NCBI GenBank assembly: GCA_964016885.1
Contig: OZ024740.1
Coordinates: 341,000,001 to 341,064,000, forward strand
DNA length: 64,000 nucleotides
Origin: Eledone cirrhosa
Taxonomy: Eukaryota
Direction of reading: 5' to 3'
Under the pieces are notes generated by a model. The model saw only the letters and a program-made list of their open reading frames with translations, was not told the origin of the DNA and made no database searches. This document shows, piece by piece, positions 12,686 to 26,164 of this stretch. The position numbers and the translations under genes were made by a program. Position 1 is the first letter of the stretch, and each line of letters begins with the position of its first letter.

Positions 12686-14160
12686 CATTTAATATCTATT
12701 TTTCCACACTTGTATGGGTTAGACGGGTTGTCACATTATGAGACAGTTCAGGTCAGGTGACTGTGTCTTGCTCATACGGATCTGTATTTTAGCTAGGCTT
12801 CTATGACCAGATGTCCTTTCTAATGTCAACTACATTAAGGTATGGAGTGGGTACTTTTTATCGTGTCACCAAAACGACTGTCCTACTGACATGAAGGACT
12901 GGGTGCTTTGTTGTTATAGCACCAGATCACCATACGGGGGTGGACTTTTCTTTTTTTCATGGTTTGGCAGACGAGGTGTTTATTTCTCAGTTCATTGATG
13001 TTTTGTCATTCATGCATACTATTATTACACATCCATTGGAGCATGCAAGCTTCATTTCTTTCCAACCTTTGTAGTTTCTCTGCACATATTGCCCAGGTCT
13101 TATTTCTGTGCAGCATTGCTGTTCAACACAAGCTTCATATCTGCTTTTCATTTTGAGGGGAAAAAAACTTTTGTAGCTAGCAGTGGAAATGAAAGAAAGG
13201 AGCAATCTAATATAATATGGAAGTTAAGAGTATTCATATTAACAGATTGACTTATTTCTGCATTTCAAGACATAAACATGTCTGGTCCTTCAGATGCTTG
13301 GAAATATTTCAGGGATCTGAAGAAGATGTATTTACATATTGAAACCACTGGTAACTCAGAAATAAACCAAATTGCATAAGCCCAGCCTCCCTCCATTTGT
13401 ACAGTTCCTTTGTCCTCTCCTCTGTCATGTTTGGTATTTTGAGATCAGCTCTAGCCACCTTTTCCTAAGATTTTTCTCTGTCTTCTTGAACTACAGCTTC
13501 CTTTCATTGAAATTTTCTGACACTTCTTCACCCAGCAACCATCATCCATATGCATCACATATCTTGGACACTACATCTGATTTCTTTTATACCCAGTGTT
13601 TCTCTCAATTCATTCACACCCTGCCATTCATGCACACATACAATGGAGCATGCTTGCTTCATTTTTTTCCAGCCTCCGTCACCTATGTCTCACTACCAAG
13701 CAACACCGTACTCCTCACATGAGCATTATAAAATCTACCATTTTCTATTAGTGAAAATCCCTTTGTTTGGATAGCTCCCTAAACTTTTTCCAGCCTGTTC
13801 TTATTCTAGCTACTTTGCTTTCAGATCAATGTCCTCCACTATAATTAGGTCACCTAAGTAGTAGAAACTATCAATTACTTCTATGGTACGTTCCTGGGGT
13901 TGGAAAAGGTTTATTTCATTGCTGCTCTACACTATGCCTGTGCATTTACAACAAGCAAATCTATCTTTTCTGTTAGCCCTGCTTAGAATCCTACTATACC
14001 TCTTGTGTATCTATACCTTACACTATGTACATCATATAGAGTCCCTACCTACTCCTTTTCTACATATCAAGAACAGCTTCTCCCCTTATAGAATTAGTCT
14101 TGTCCTCTTTTCTACTTACTAAAACTTTAGTCTTTACCTGGTTTACTTTGAGACACATTT
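12686..14160 (-). mobile_element. Heavily decayed RTE LINE fragments
   Basis: Residual SFFPLKMKSRYEACV and LERNEACS-like motifs; alignable by eye to 61700-62600. Confidence 0.6.
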
Positions 14161-14435
14161 AAATCATATATATATGATCCCATCAAATACCACAAATTGA
14201 TGTTTGTCATTTTCCTCTTGTATATATTGACATTGCTCCAGTCCAATGGCAAAAGGGCCAGCCTTGTCACACTGTGCCACATTGAGTCTTCCTGAGAACT
14301 ATGTTAAAGGTGCATGTATCTAAAGAATGCTCAGCCACTTGCACTTTAATTTCATGAGCAAGATATCCAATTATTCGAACAACTAGAGCATTCATTGTCG
14401 GAACCAATGGAGGTGCAAACACAACACACACATAC

Positions 14436-14437
<2 letters not shown>

Positions 14438-14512
<75 letters not shown>

Positions 14513-14527
14513 TGTGTGTGTGTGTGT

Positions 14528-14608
<81 letters not shown>

Positions 14609-14614
14609 TGTGTG
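14438..14614. repeat. (GT)n microsatellite, about 88 units
   Basis: Direct inspection; two ac interruptions and one at interruption. Confidence 0.95.
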
Positions 14615-16109
14615 TCATTATCATCATCATTTAACATCTGCTTCCCTTTAAATGATGATGCTATATATAATATACGTATATAATACTTAAATAGTCTTAA
14701 TATTTCCATAATCATATTTCAGTATACATTCAAATTCTGACTAATGGCAACTGGGTAAAGAAACTATTCAGGTCTAGGCACAAAGGTGAAACAGCAAGAT
14801 ATTCAGTTGGAAAGTGAAATAGTCAGAATACCAGAGCAAGTTTTTGAATTCTCTGTTGAAATGTGATAGTGTTTTGAATTGAATGTTATCTCCAAATGCA
14901 CTGCAGCTGGTTTCCATGTTATCAGTTGAGAAACTCTATCTGAAAGCAGACAGCTTCAATATTATAACATAACTATAGTAGAGATGGGTGTGTTTAACAT
15001 GGACACATATCTCTTCTGGTCAATAAGCCATATAAATGTCTACCATGTCATAGCATATACCATGACACAGAATTTACCATGACATACAATGTATTATGAC
15101 AAGCAATATATCAGGAATAACTGATGTTCTGCCATGTAACAGCAATGCTCTTACTAGAACTTATTAATATATCTGTATTAATAAGTTCTATTAGAGCATT
15201 GCTTATTAATACAGCATGACATTATCTCAGGCAAAAACTACAAAATTATTAATAATTGACATAGCAATAGTGAATTGCTCTAATATATACAAGTGAGTTG
15301 AGGGTGGGGGATTGGCAGAATTGATAGTGCATCAGATAACATGTTTTATATATTTAGTTCCAGCTCTTTATGTTCTGAGTTCAAACCCACTGAGGTCAAC
15401 TTTGTTTTTCATCCTGTAAAACATATCTATATCACCCTATTTAATTGCGTTGCCGTTATTATCGATGGTGCATTGTCAGTGTCAGTAAGTGTTGGACAAA
15501 ATGCTTTGCAGTATTTAGTTATGATTTTCTATGTTCTAAGTTAAAATTCCACTGAGGTCAACTTTGCCTTTCATCCTTCTTAGGTCAATAAAATAAAGTA
15601 CCAATCAGGTACTGGGTTGATCTAATCAACTTTCCCCTGCCCCACAAATTGCTGGCCTTGTGCCTAAATCAGAAACCATCATCATTAGAGGAGAATATGT
15701 TGGTAACAATAGCGCATTAGATCAAATGCAAACAAACATTTTATCTTCTTACTAAGAATTTACAGCATTTTGCACAAGACAGATGTCAAACTGATTGGTC
15801 TATAATTTCTTACTAAAGTTTTAGTATATTTCTCATGCAATTCAGTAATGTGTAATTCTTTCTATATTACGAGTAGAATATCTTCCATGAATGACATAAA
15901 AGTTAGCAAGATGGAGTTTTAGGACATCAACTTAAAAAATGGTCTTCCACTGAATCCTAATGATGTGTTCCAGTTTTGCAATCAACAAAACTGCCAAATA
16001 AATGCATAAGTGGCTGAATATTCCACAAACACCTGCAATTCTCAGGAAGATTCAGGATGACATGGTATGATAAGTCTATTTGAATTATAGATACAGTCCA
16101 TCCAATAAG

Positions 16110-16262
16110 CTTCTAAACAGTTTCCATATACCCAATTTCTCTAACAAAGCTTGGATCAACTCAAGGCTATGGTAAAAGAGACATACCCCAAATGAAATGC
16201 AGTAGTAACAAACCCACAACCTCATGATTATAAAGCAAACATCTTAACTATTTAGTCATGTT
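16110..16262 (-). mobile_element. SINE family D (..ccttgtgagt.gatttggtagacggaaactg.. body)
   Basis: Related pieces at 18375-18450(+) and 25680-25830(+); degenerate tRNA-like head. Confidence 0.5.
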
Positions 16263-17084
16263 GAATGGTTGCTGTAACTATAGATGCCATCAACTTGAGT
16301 CTAGTACTTTATCTGTATATAATACTCTCAGTTTAGTAAAGAGCATATTTCTCGTAATGGGTATCCTTTAAAAAATATGTAGTGGTTAAGGTATAAAGGA
16401 ATATATTATTTTATGGGAATACATTACTGAAGAACTTGTAGAATGTAGATGCAGATATTTTACCTTCTGGAGTGACAGGCTTGAGTCTGTATGATATGTC
16501 AAGGGTTGGAACTCTTACTCATGACTTTAACTTAGTTTCCTTGTAAGTGTTCTAATCTGATTTTAGTTTTATTGTATCATTGAAGGTCATAGTAACATTT
16601 TCACTTGACATATCATTACCAAAGATATTCTGTGGTATATCTCAGTTTGATAATATCAGAGTTCATATATACATTTATGTGTTTAAATTGAATGTGTTTA
16701 ATTGTATGTATGTAAGAACCCATAACTCCTGATGGGGTTGTAAGAGCACAGTAGTGACATACAGAGTGTCTTGGGTATTTAAAACTTGATTCCCTCTCCA
16801 GATCTGAACACAGCTAATTTCTTCCAGAAAAGAAGGGAGAGAGAGAAAGAGAGGTGAGGGTCTGAAGAAGAAGAATCAACCTTAATAGCAGACTGGTACT
16901 TATTTTATCAATCTTGAAAGGATGGCAGGCCCTGTTGGCGCCTTGGTGAGTTTTGAACTCAGAGCACAGAGAGCCAGAAAGAAATACTGCAGAGCATTCT
17001 ATCCAATGTTTTAACAACTCTGCCAATTCACTACTTATGTGTTTAATTGAGACACTACTTTTGATTACTACATTTATAATGAGC

Positions 17085-17285
17085 CAATCAGGGTGCATCT
17101 ACATGTTCACTTAAAATGCTAGAAATAGCAAACCAAATCTCACTCAATTCACACTCTACTCTCTTATAAAATGAAAATACATTGCTCTATATGTTCCTAG
17201 ATATATAAAAGGATGGTATGTTAATGACTAGAGCACTTTTGAGCATATGCTTGCACAATCATGCCCACCTGGAGCTAAACTACTA
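17085..17285 (+). repeat. Unclassified dispersed repeat (gaaatagc..caaatctccctcaaatc.cacc..gtcttaaaa)
   Basis: Related copies near 5795-5925, 18890-19075, 48820-48900 and 55090-55310(-). Confidence 0.5.
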
Positions 17286-17364
17286 CTACTACTGCTACCT
17301 TCTGTTCATCCACTCAGTTGGTTTCTGGAACAGTAATTTTTTATAGTTGCATAGCCAAGCCTTG

Positions 17365-17698
17365 CAGTGCTGTCTTAAGGCAAGGGCACAACAGGCATCT
17401 GCCTGGGAGTTCACCAGGTCTAGAGGCACAATGCTAATCTATGTTTTTGCTGTGGTTATATATGAGTATGTAAGGGGTTCTAGTGCATTGCTATGAAGGG
17501 AGGCCCACAGGGCCTAGGGGCACAGTGCTAATCTATGTATGCTGTGGTTGTACATTGCTTTATATAGGGGCTCACCAGGTCTAGGGACCCAATGCTAATC
17601 TATGTATGCTGTGGTTGTGTATATAGGAGTCTCTACTACATTGTTTTGCACTGAGTGAGGTGGGGGTAGGGGGTTGTGATGCTGTTAAGACAGCCCTG
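17365..17698. mobile_element. hAT-like MITE with internal tandem subrepeats
   Basis: TIRs cagtgctgtcttaa / ttaagacagccctg (13/14); degenerate 8-bp TSD aagccttg / atgtcttg; three copies of ctagggg..aatgctaatctatgtatgctgtggtt. Confidence 0.7.
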
Positions 17699-17814
17699 AT
17701 GTCTTGGAATAGTTAATATATTTTACAGAAATATTTTTCTATTAATGGCTATTAATTTCGAAGTAATTGTTATTGCTTCAATTTGGTAAATATCTTAGAT
17801 TGTGAACTACATCT

Positions 17815-17980
17815 CAGACCTGTCAACTCTCTTTGGGGTGAGTGAGAGATGTCTTCTCTCGTGAAAATGTGTATAGCTTTCATTATGTAAAATCTCCCCA
17901 TTTTGCCTCATTTCTCCCCTTTTGGGGGCACTTTTTTTCATGGTACTCCCTGTTTTGGTTTTTAGAGGTTGGCAGGTCTG
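17815..17980. mobile_element. Non-autonomous DNA transposon (166 bp)
   Basis: TIRs cagacctgtcaac / gttggcaggtctg (12/13); flanks acatct / atatct suggest a 6-bp TSD. Confidence 0.7.
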
Positions 17981-18088
17981 ATATCTTCTTCATTTGAAAG
18001 GATAAAGTCCAAGAGACTCGATGTTTCCAGCCATCCTGTTGTGGTTTGCTTCACTAATATATTGGTAAACATAAGACTCATTCATTAA

Positions 18089-18343
18089 CCCTTTCATTAC
18101 CATATATTACCATATTTCAATAAAAGAACCGTCTATGAACTAGACATAATTTTGAAAATAATCAAGAATTTGAAGAGGTTTAGTAATATAGACAAACAAC
18201 TTTCTCATTATTTATCTAGTGTTTGAAGCAGTTCTTATATAAAATTAATCTAGAATGATTTTTAGTAAATATAAACACTTTAAAACAAATTGTTTTCTAT
18301 TGTAGAACCAGAGGCAATTTCAGGCAGCTTGGTATTAAAATGG
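18089..18343. mobile_element. TTAA-flanked piggyBac-like MITE, family 1
   Basis: ttaa-ccctttcattacc ... ggtattaaaatgg-ctaa; copies at 49775-50018, 50101-50251 (inverted), 19410-19474 and 57230-57390. Confidence 0.65.
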
Positions 18344-20341
18344 CTAAGAATAGAGATAAAATGATTTAAATGCATCTTGGGTAATTGTCTTATATTGTAG
18401 TTTTGGGCCAACCAATGCCTTGTGAGTTAATTTGGTAGACGGAAACTTTCTTATTACTAAGATGTAGGGTGGTGGATTGGCAGTATCAGTAGAGCATCAG
18501 ACAACATGCTTTGCAGCATAGAGTTACAGCACTTTATGGTCAGAGTTCACAGAGATTAGCTTTGCCTTTCATCCTTATGGGGTTGATAAAATAAAGTACC
18601 AGTAATGCACTAAGGTTGGTTTAATCGAGACCCTCCCCTTTGAAATTTCTGGCTTTGTGCCAAATGTAGAAACAATATGAAACCTGACATACACACACAC
18701 ACACACTCACACACACACCACATATACATGTGTGTGTATGCATGTGCATGTGTATGTGTATTTGATATCGTTAGTACAAGCATGTGACATTTCTTTATGT
18801 TCCACATGAACAAAAGTCACTGTTGGCACAAGGAAGGGCATCCAACCATAGAATTCTTACCTGGTGCTAAATAAAAACAACAACCACATAGCAATGAGGA
18901 AGCCTCTACATAGTCACTTGCATTGTAAGAAATAGCTACCAAATCTCCCTCAAATCTCACCATATTGTCTTAAAAACAAAGACAATACATTAGAAAATAT
19001 AGTCTTTGTTCTCTAGACAGATAGAATGGTCATGGCTGGGACACATTTAGTCGTAGGTCTGTATGATTAAACAACACCAACAATCACATCATTAGTGAAT
19101 CACTAATTGATATTTTAAGTCATTTGTAACATTGAAGCAATTCTTCATAAAGATAGTGACTTCTTTAGTGGAAGAGATTCTAAAGTCAAATATCCTCATC
19201 ATCATCATCATCACCCATACACCACCACCACAACCATCGTCATCATCATCATCACCTTCACATAATATCGAATCTATGAGATTCTTGATATTATTTATTT
19301 CAAGAACAATACCTTAACATCACTATGAGTGGCAGTGTACAGCTGATTTAAACAGAAAGAGGTGAGAGAATTCTGGCTGGATATGGCCGATTTAAATACT
19401 AAAGGGTTAAGATAAGCAGTTTTGTATCGTTGAACATTAGGTGGTTCCATATGGTTTGGTATCAAAAGAGTTAATATCCAATTGATCTAAGTTGTTGATT
19501 GGTTAGAAAGGTTGATGACGTAGGCTTGTTTTGGTATAAGTTTATCTGTGAAGATGAACCAGATGGTGTACTAACTGATTGGTCCAGAAACTGATGGTGT
19601 AGGCTTAGATTTTGATGATGATAATGGTGATGATGATGATGATGGTGGTGGTGGTGATGGTGATGAGGGTGCTGGTGATGATGCTGATGCTGCTGCTGAT
19701 GATATGAAGAAAATACCAATTTCTAATTTGGGTGCTAAACTAGAGAAACTGAAATAAAACTAGAACAAAACAAAAAACAACTTCACTGAGAGTATAAAAT
19801 TTTCACTCTGAGTTAGTTCATTAATAAAGTAAGCTGAGATTTTATGAAATTAGTATATTATGTGAATGAATGGTAATCTGGAGGAATGTGATAAAGAAAA
19901 ATTGTAGATAAAAATGATGAGGCAGAAGAAAGAGTAGTTAGTTGGTATGAAAGGACTGTGTTGATAGGGTGATGTGTATTAAGGAAGTTTAAATAAAACA
20001 GAAAAATTATTTGATAAGAAAGCAAATAAGGTCAAGAAGACTTTGAGTCTATTGTAAAGGCTGACAGTTTTATATATCTTTATATATATATTGCTTGTGT
20101 ATATGTCCTTATGTATATTTTGTAGCTGTACATTGGCTTCTATATGTGTATATTGGTATGTTCATACTTGGGTGTATATGGCTATATATTATATTGTGGT
20201 TATGTGTTCATGTGAAAAACAAATAGTAGTGTACTAGCCAGTTGTATATATGAATGTATATATATATATCTACAAATATATTTATGAAAGCATAAATGTA
20301 TGTATGTATTTCTATCTATCTATTAATCTATCTATCTATAT

Positions 20342-21880
20342 GAAAGGTTCACAGGAGCGAAGCTGAACCGGGACAAATCCGTTGGTTTGCAACTCGGAAC
20401 ATGGAGAGGCAAACCGATGCCTTCCGATTATGTCGTCGGACGCTGGACGGAAGGACTGGTAAAGCTGCTCGGGGTCTGGTTTGGTCCAGACCTCCAAGTG
20501 GAGAAGAACTGGAACGAGGTGATGGCCAAGGTGTTTGCGCTCACCCAGAAGTGGGCCGAGTGCAAACTATCCTTGAATGGTCGAATGGAGGTGGCGAACA
20601 CTTTTATAGCGTCCGTCATCTACTATCGCTTGACCGTTGTGCCTTGTCCAGCCAAAACGCTCACCAAAATGGAGCGCACGCTCTTCCAATTCCTTTGGAA
20701 GAAACGGGCTTCTTTGGTGAGAAGATCCATTTGCTGCCAACACCCTTCAAACGGAGAGCTGGGGATGCTGTGGCTGACGATGCGCAAACACGCGCTCAGG
20801 CTGCAGCACCTCCATGTATTCCTCACCGGACAACCGGTGTGGGCTCCGTTTGTGAGGCGAGCCTTCCCACGACTCGTCTCACTGACCGAGCTGCAGTCCT
20901 GGGTCAAGCAAAGACCGAGGAAAATGGGCGACTGGCACATCGAATGTGCTCAGGCGCTCACAGTCCTCTGGCAAACGGACCCGGCGATCAGTGGAGACTC
21001 CACTTCGTCATTCTATAGAAGGTTGGTCTGCAGGAAGTGCGACGACATGCTCAGAGAAACTCTAGGCATAGAAGAGGACGAACTGGCCAGTCTGTTCGGT
21101 AGGACCTTCCGCCCGGGACCAATGGACAACTTCCAAAAGTCCCTGGCCTGGCAGTGCTACCGAGCAGCTCTACCAGTTCGAGACAAGCTCTACAGACACA
21201 GGCGCCCGGGCAGGGACCCTTCGAAAAAGATCTGTCCGAGATGCGTGCGCGACGAGGAAACCGTCGCACACACATTTGTACACTGCCCGGGCGTTACCGA
21301 CCTGTGGGGCTATGTAGAACGACTATTGTCACGGGTGGGACCAATCCAGTTGACCACCAAGTCCCTTGTCATGATCAAACCGCTACCCTCCTTCAAAAAC
21401 GAGGGAGAGGAGGTTTTCCTATGTGTTATGGCTATGGTGAAAGAGGTTATATGGTGGACGAGGTTAAAAGGGCTGAGGTCAGACACCTTTCTCTCCAGCG
21501 AGCAACTAATTCGTTTTTTCAAATATCATTTTGGAAGAAGAATCAGGATGGAGAGAGAGGTGCTGTACCCCAGCAAATTTTATAAAAGGTGGGTGAATGT
21601 GGCAAAGATGGCCCGAGTGGTTGGGCCTTCTCTCTATATAAACCTGTAGGTTGAGGAAAAAGAGGAAGAGAGGGGGAGTACTCACTCTTGGTGCTCCTGG
21701 AGATGAGGGTTGTACATTTTTCGGGGTGTGTACAACCTGTGTAATGCCTCCTCCCTATTGGGGATTTCAATTGTTATTTGTTTGTTATTTTATTAATAGT
21801 TTTATTTTCATATACCTGTATGTAAACTCTCCATTTGTATTTGTCCCCGTCTTTTGTGCTCTTGTGGCTAATAAAGAAAG
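20342..21880 (+). mobile_element. 5'-truncated L1/Tx1-clade LINE; ORF2 C-terminal half is open (20342-21649)
   Basis: TGAKLNRDKS (end of RT), VKLLGVWF, LSLNGRM, FLWKK and CCHC zf-RVT CPRC..ETVAHTFVHC; 3' UTR ends ctaataaagaaa; tatctattaatct is duplicated at 20317-20329 and 21882-21894. Confidence 0.9.
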
Positions 21881-21963
21881 TTATCTATTAATCTGTCCAT
21901 GTGCCTGTCTGTCTACATGCATACATACATCCTTGTCTGTCTATCAGCCTGCCTGTCAGTCTG

Positions 21964-22035
<72 letters not shown>

Positions 22036-22039
<4 letters not shown>

Positions 22040-22250
22040 CTTTGTACTCCTGGAGATGAGGGTTGCACATTTTTTTCGGGGGCATGTGTTATCCATATGA
22101 AATGTCTCCCCCTATTGGGGAAAATCGATTAACTTTTAAATTACATTTGTGATAATATTTTACATGTTTTTATTGTATGTAAACTTTCCCGTTTGTATTT
22201 GTCCCCCTCTTTTGTGCCCCTGTGGCTAATAAAGAAACATATCTATCTAT
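22036..22250 (+). mobile_element. Tx1-like LINE, copy 2 (3' UTR only)
   Basis: Homologous to 21685-21880 and 22847-23050; ends aataaagaaaca(tatc)n. Confidence 0.85.
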
Positions 22251-23050
22251 CTGGCCAGTCTGTTCGGTAGGACCTTCCGCCCGGGACCAACTTCCAAAAG
22301 TCCCTGGCCTGGCAGTGCTACCGAGCAGCTCTACCAGTTCGAGACAAGCTCTACAGACACGGGCACCCGGGCAGGGACCCTTCGAAAAAAATCTGTCTGA
22401 GATGCGTGCGAGACGAAGAAACCATCGCGCACGCATTCGTACACTGCCCGGGTGTTACCGACCTATGGGGCTATGTAGAACGACTATTGTTGTGGATGGG
22501 ACCAATCCGGTTGACCACCGAGTCCATTATCATGATCAAACTGCCACCCTCCTTCAAAAATGAAGGAAAGGAGGTTTTCCTCTGTGTGATAGCTATGGCG
22601 AAAGAGGTTGTATGGTGGACGAGGTTAAAAGGGCTGAGGTCAGACACCTTTCTCTCTGGCCAACAACTGATTCTTTGTTTCAAATACCATTTTGGGAGAA
22701 GAATCAGGATGGAGAGAGAGGTGCTGTACCCCAGCAAGTTTTATGAAAGGTGGGTGAAAGTGGCGAGAATGGCCCGAGTGAATGGGCCTTCTCTCTATAT
22801 CAGCCTGTAGGTTGAGGAAAAAGAGGAAGAGAGGAAAGGGGGTACTCACTCTTCGTACTCCTGGAGATGAGGGTTGCACATTTTTTCAGGGGTATGTGTT
22901 ACCCATATGTAATGTCTCCCCCTATTGGGAAAAATCGATTGTTTTTTAAATTGCATTTGTGATAGTATTTTACACGTTTTTATTGTATGTAAACTTCCAC
23001 CTTTGTATTTGTCCCCTTCTTTTGTGCCCCTGTGGCTAATAAAGAAACAT
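22251..23050 (+). mobile_element. Tx1-like LINE, copy 3 (5'-truncated)
   Basis: Homologous to 21083-21880; 7-bp deletion near 22290; (ATCT)n(AT)n tail. Confidence 0.9.
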
Positions 23051-23063
23051 ATCTATCTATCTA

Positions 23064-23104
<41 letters not shown>

Positions 23105-23109
<5 letters not shown>

Positions 23110-23404
23110 TCCCAGTCCCACACTGTAAATGTGGTTGGTGTTAGGAAGGGCATCCAGCTGTAGAAAACACGCCAGACAGTCCACGCTGTAATGTGGCCGT
23201 GTAGGCAACACGGTAAAAACCTCCCAGCCCCACACTGTAAATGTGGTTGGTGTTAGGAAGGGCATCCAGCTGTAGAAAACCCGCCAGACAGTCCTATGCG
23301 AGCAAGACAACCACTCTTGCCTCAAGTGGGAAAACCCCCGTCCAAACCCATGAAAGCGTGAAACAGGGACGTTAAACGATGATGATGATGATGATGATGA
23401 TGAT
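23105..23404 (+). mobile_element. Young RTE family, 3' UTR fragment
   Basis: Near-identical to 24110-24406; (GAT)n tail; flanked by (TA)n. Confidence 0.85.
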
Positions 23405-23446
23405 ACATATATATACATATACATATATATACATATATATATATAG

Positions 23447-23479
<33 letters not shown>

Positions 23480-23591
23480 CATCTCTCTCTTTAAGATTGG
23501 TTACTCTTGAACTGTGTATACATATATATATATATATACATGTATATATATATGTATATATATATATGTGTGTATATATATATATGTATAT

Positions 23592-24404
23592 ATATGTGTA
23601 ATAGTAATATACGTGAACGGCTAAGCATAAACGAACTAAGGAAAAAATTAGAAATAAGAGGGATCAGATGTTGTTTACTCGAGAGAAGGCTACGTTGGTA
23701 TGGTCACGTGATGCGCATGAAAGACGACAGCTGTATAACAAAGTGCAGGGCAATAAAGATAGACGGTAGCCACGGAGTAGGCAGACCCAGAAAAACCTGG
23801 GACGACATGATAAATTCCGACATCACACGCTTACACCTCTCCAAGACAATGTCACTGGACTGAGACCTTTGGCGGTACTCAGTAATAGAGAAGACCCGCC
23901 TTACCTAAAATACAAAGTAAAACCTACTACAGTCAGTAGGCATCTCTAACAACCCCCACCCCCACCCCCACCCCATCCACACCGCTCCTTTCAATGTAAA
24001 GTTATGTTGGTGCCACAACATCCAGGCCGAAACAAATGAGATCGTGTAGGTGTCACGACAAAAAACACACAGTCCACGCTGTAATGTGGCCGTGTAGGCA
24101 ACATGGTAAAAACCTCCCAGCCCCGCACTGTAAATGTGGTTGGTGTTAGGAAGGGCATCCAGCTGTAGAAAACACGCCAGACAGTCCACGCTGTAATGTG
24201 GCCGTGTAGGCAACACGGTAAAAACCTCCCAGACCCACACTGTAAACGTGGTTGGTGTTAGGAAGGGCATCCAGCTGTAGAAAACCCGCCAGACAGTCCT
24301 ATGCGAGCAAGACAATCACTCTTGCCTCAAGTGGGAAAACCCCCGTCCAAACCCATGCAAGCGTGGAACACGGACGTTAAACGTTGATGATGATGATGAT
24401 GATG

Positions 24405-24406
<2 letters not shown>
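23592..24406 (+). mobile_element. Young RTE family, 5'-truncated copy
   Basis: [29 protein letters not shown] matches 61714-62030(-); same 3' UTR. Confidence 0.9.
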
Positions 24407-24436
<30 letters not shown>

Positions 24437-26164
24437 CTATATTATTTATATATGTTCATACAAGGAGCAAAAGTGCTACCTAAAGTTTCAAGACCCAATT
24501 TTGATCAACTCCCCAGATTGTAAAAGCGATCAAATTTTGTGATGGAAGAAGCTTGAAAGAAAAGAAGGTGAAATTTACAATGAAGGCATAACAGGTACAC
24601 ACGTTTCCTTCGCTGGACCAACCTTCCAACCTGTACTGGTTGAAAAGTTGGTCCAGCCAATGAAAAGTGTGTTCCTATTATGTTTATGTTGTAGTAGTGG
24701 TCTTAAATGATAATATATATGTATATATATATATTGTGTTGGTGATTTACATGATAAACGCACCCAGTACACACTGTAAAGTGGTGGGTGAGAGAAAGGG
24801 CATCCAGCCGTAGAAATCTTGCCAAACAAAGGGTTGGGAGGACCCTCCATTGTGTCAAAGGCATGACAACCTCTCCTGAGCATTCAATGGAACATCAAAC
24901 TGTACATAATCGAGACACTGGCTTTCTCTGGAGATCAGTGGCTCCACTTCAGTAAGAGGAGTCTTGCTCGTTCATTGAGTGACAACCATCACACACACAC
25001 ATATATATAGAGAGAGAGGGAGAGAAAGAGAGAGAGAGCTTGTGACTGCGTACTTGCAACTTATGATTGTGCAACAATAGGTGTGTCAGAAGCCATTACA
25101 GTCCTGGTAAGAAATTCTTTTCCCTTTGGTATTCATTGTTGTTGTTATATGCATTAGCTGACATACACCCAGTCCATATATTATTCATGGTGTTTCCCTT
25201 GAATATCTTAATGATTCCACATTGATGGGGGGAATTAATTTATTTCTCGCATCATTGAATGTATAGGTGATGATGATCATGATGATGAGGAGTAGAAGGA
25301 GAACAATGAAGATGAGAATGACGATGAGGAGGAGTAGAATGAGGAAGAGAATGAGGAGAAGAAGAAGGTCACATGCTTATATATGCATGTGTAGCAAGAG
25401 AATATATATACAACCAAAAGAAAGATACAAAGAATAAGAGAAAGGAAAGGATGGGTAGTAAAGATGTACATAAATAGAGGTTGGTTGTATCAAAGAATGA
25501 CGAGGTGACTAACTCAACTTACTTCAACAAATATTAGCCTCATTAAACAGCAATTAAGATGAGGAAAACTATTAAAGTTTTCTAGATATGACTTGTCCAA
25601 ATATATAATGTCAACAATATATTTGGTATGTTGACCTCTTATAATCTATTTACAGACAGTATCACCTATTTACAGCCATATTCAGCTGGTTAAGAACTTC
25701 ACTTTAGAGCTGTATGCTTCTGAGTTTGATCCTACTGTGCAGTTCCTTATGCAAGTCTACCATACATATACTCTGATGTTGACTGATGCTGTTTGAGTGA
25801 AATTTGGTTGATAAAAGCTGTACAGCAGCTGATTGTGTGTGTGATTATCATTTTGCATCAACTTTTCCATGTGTATGCTATAAGTTGTGCTTTCCATAGT
25901 TTTTGGCAGGGTTTTTCTGGCTGGATGCTCTTCCTATCACCAACCAATTTACATCGTTGACTGGGTATATTTTATCCTGTCACCAGCAACTAGTGAAGTT
26001 GCCAAACAGGACTTAAGGGTCCTCTCTACCTTGAACAGATTTTTTATTGTTTTTTAGAGTGTCTGCTCTCCTAGACAGGTTAACTTCATCATAGCTTACA
26101 GAGCCACATATATATGTATGTTATTGTTTTAATGAATACTTTACTCTGTTCCTGCACCAACTAC

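Noticed and set aside
14352-14715. HT/CV dipeptide ORFs
   Set aside because: Translations of the (GT)n microsatellite.
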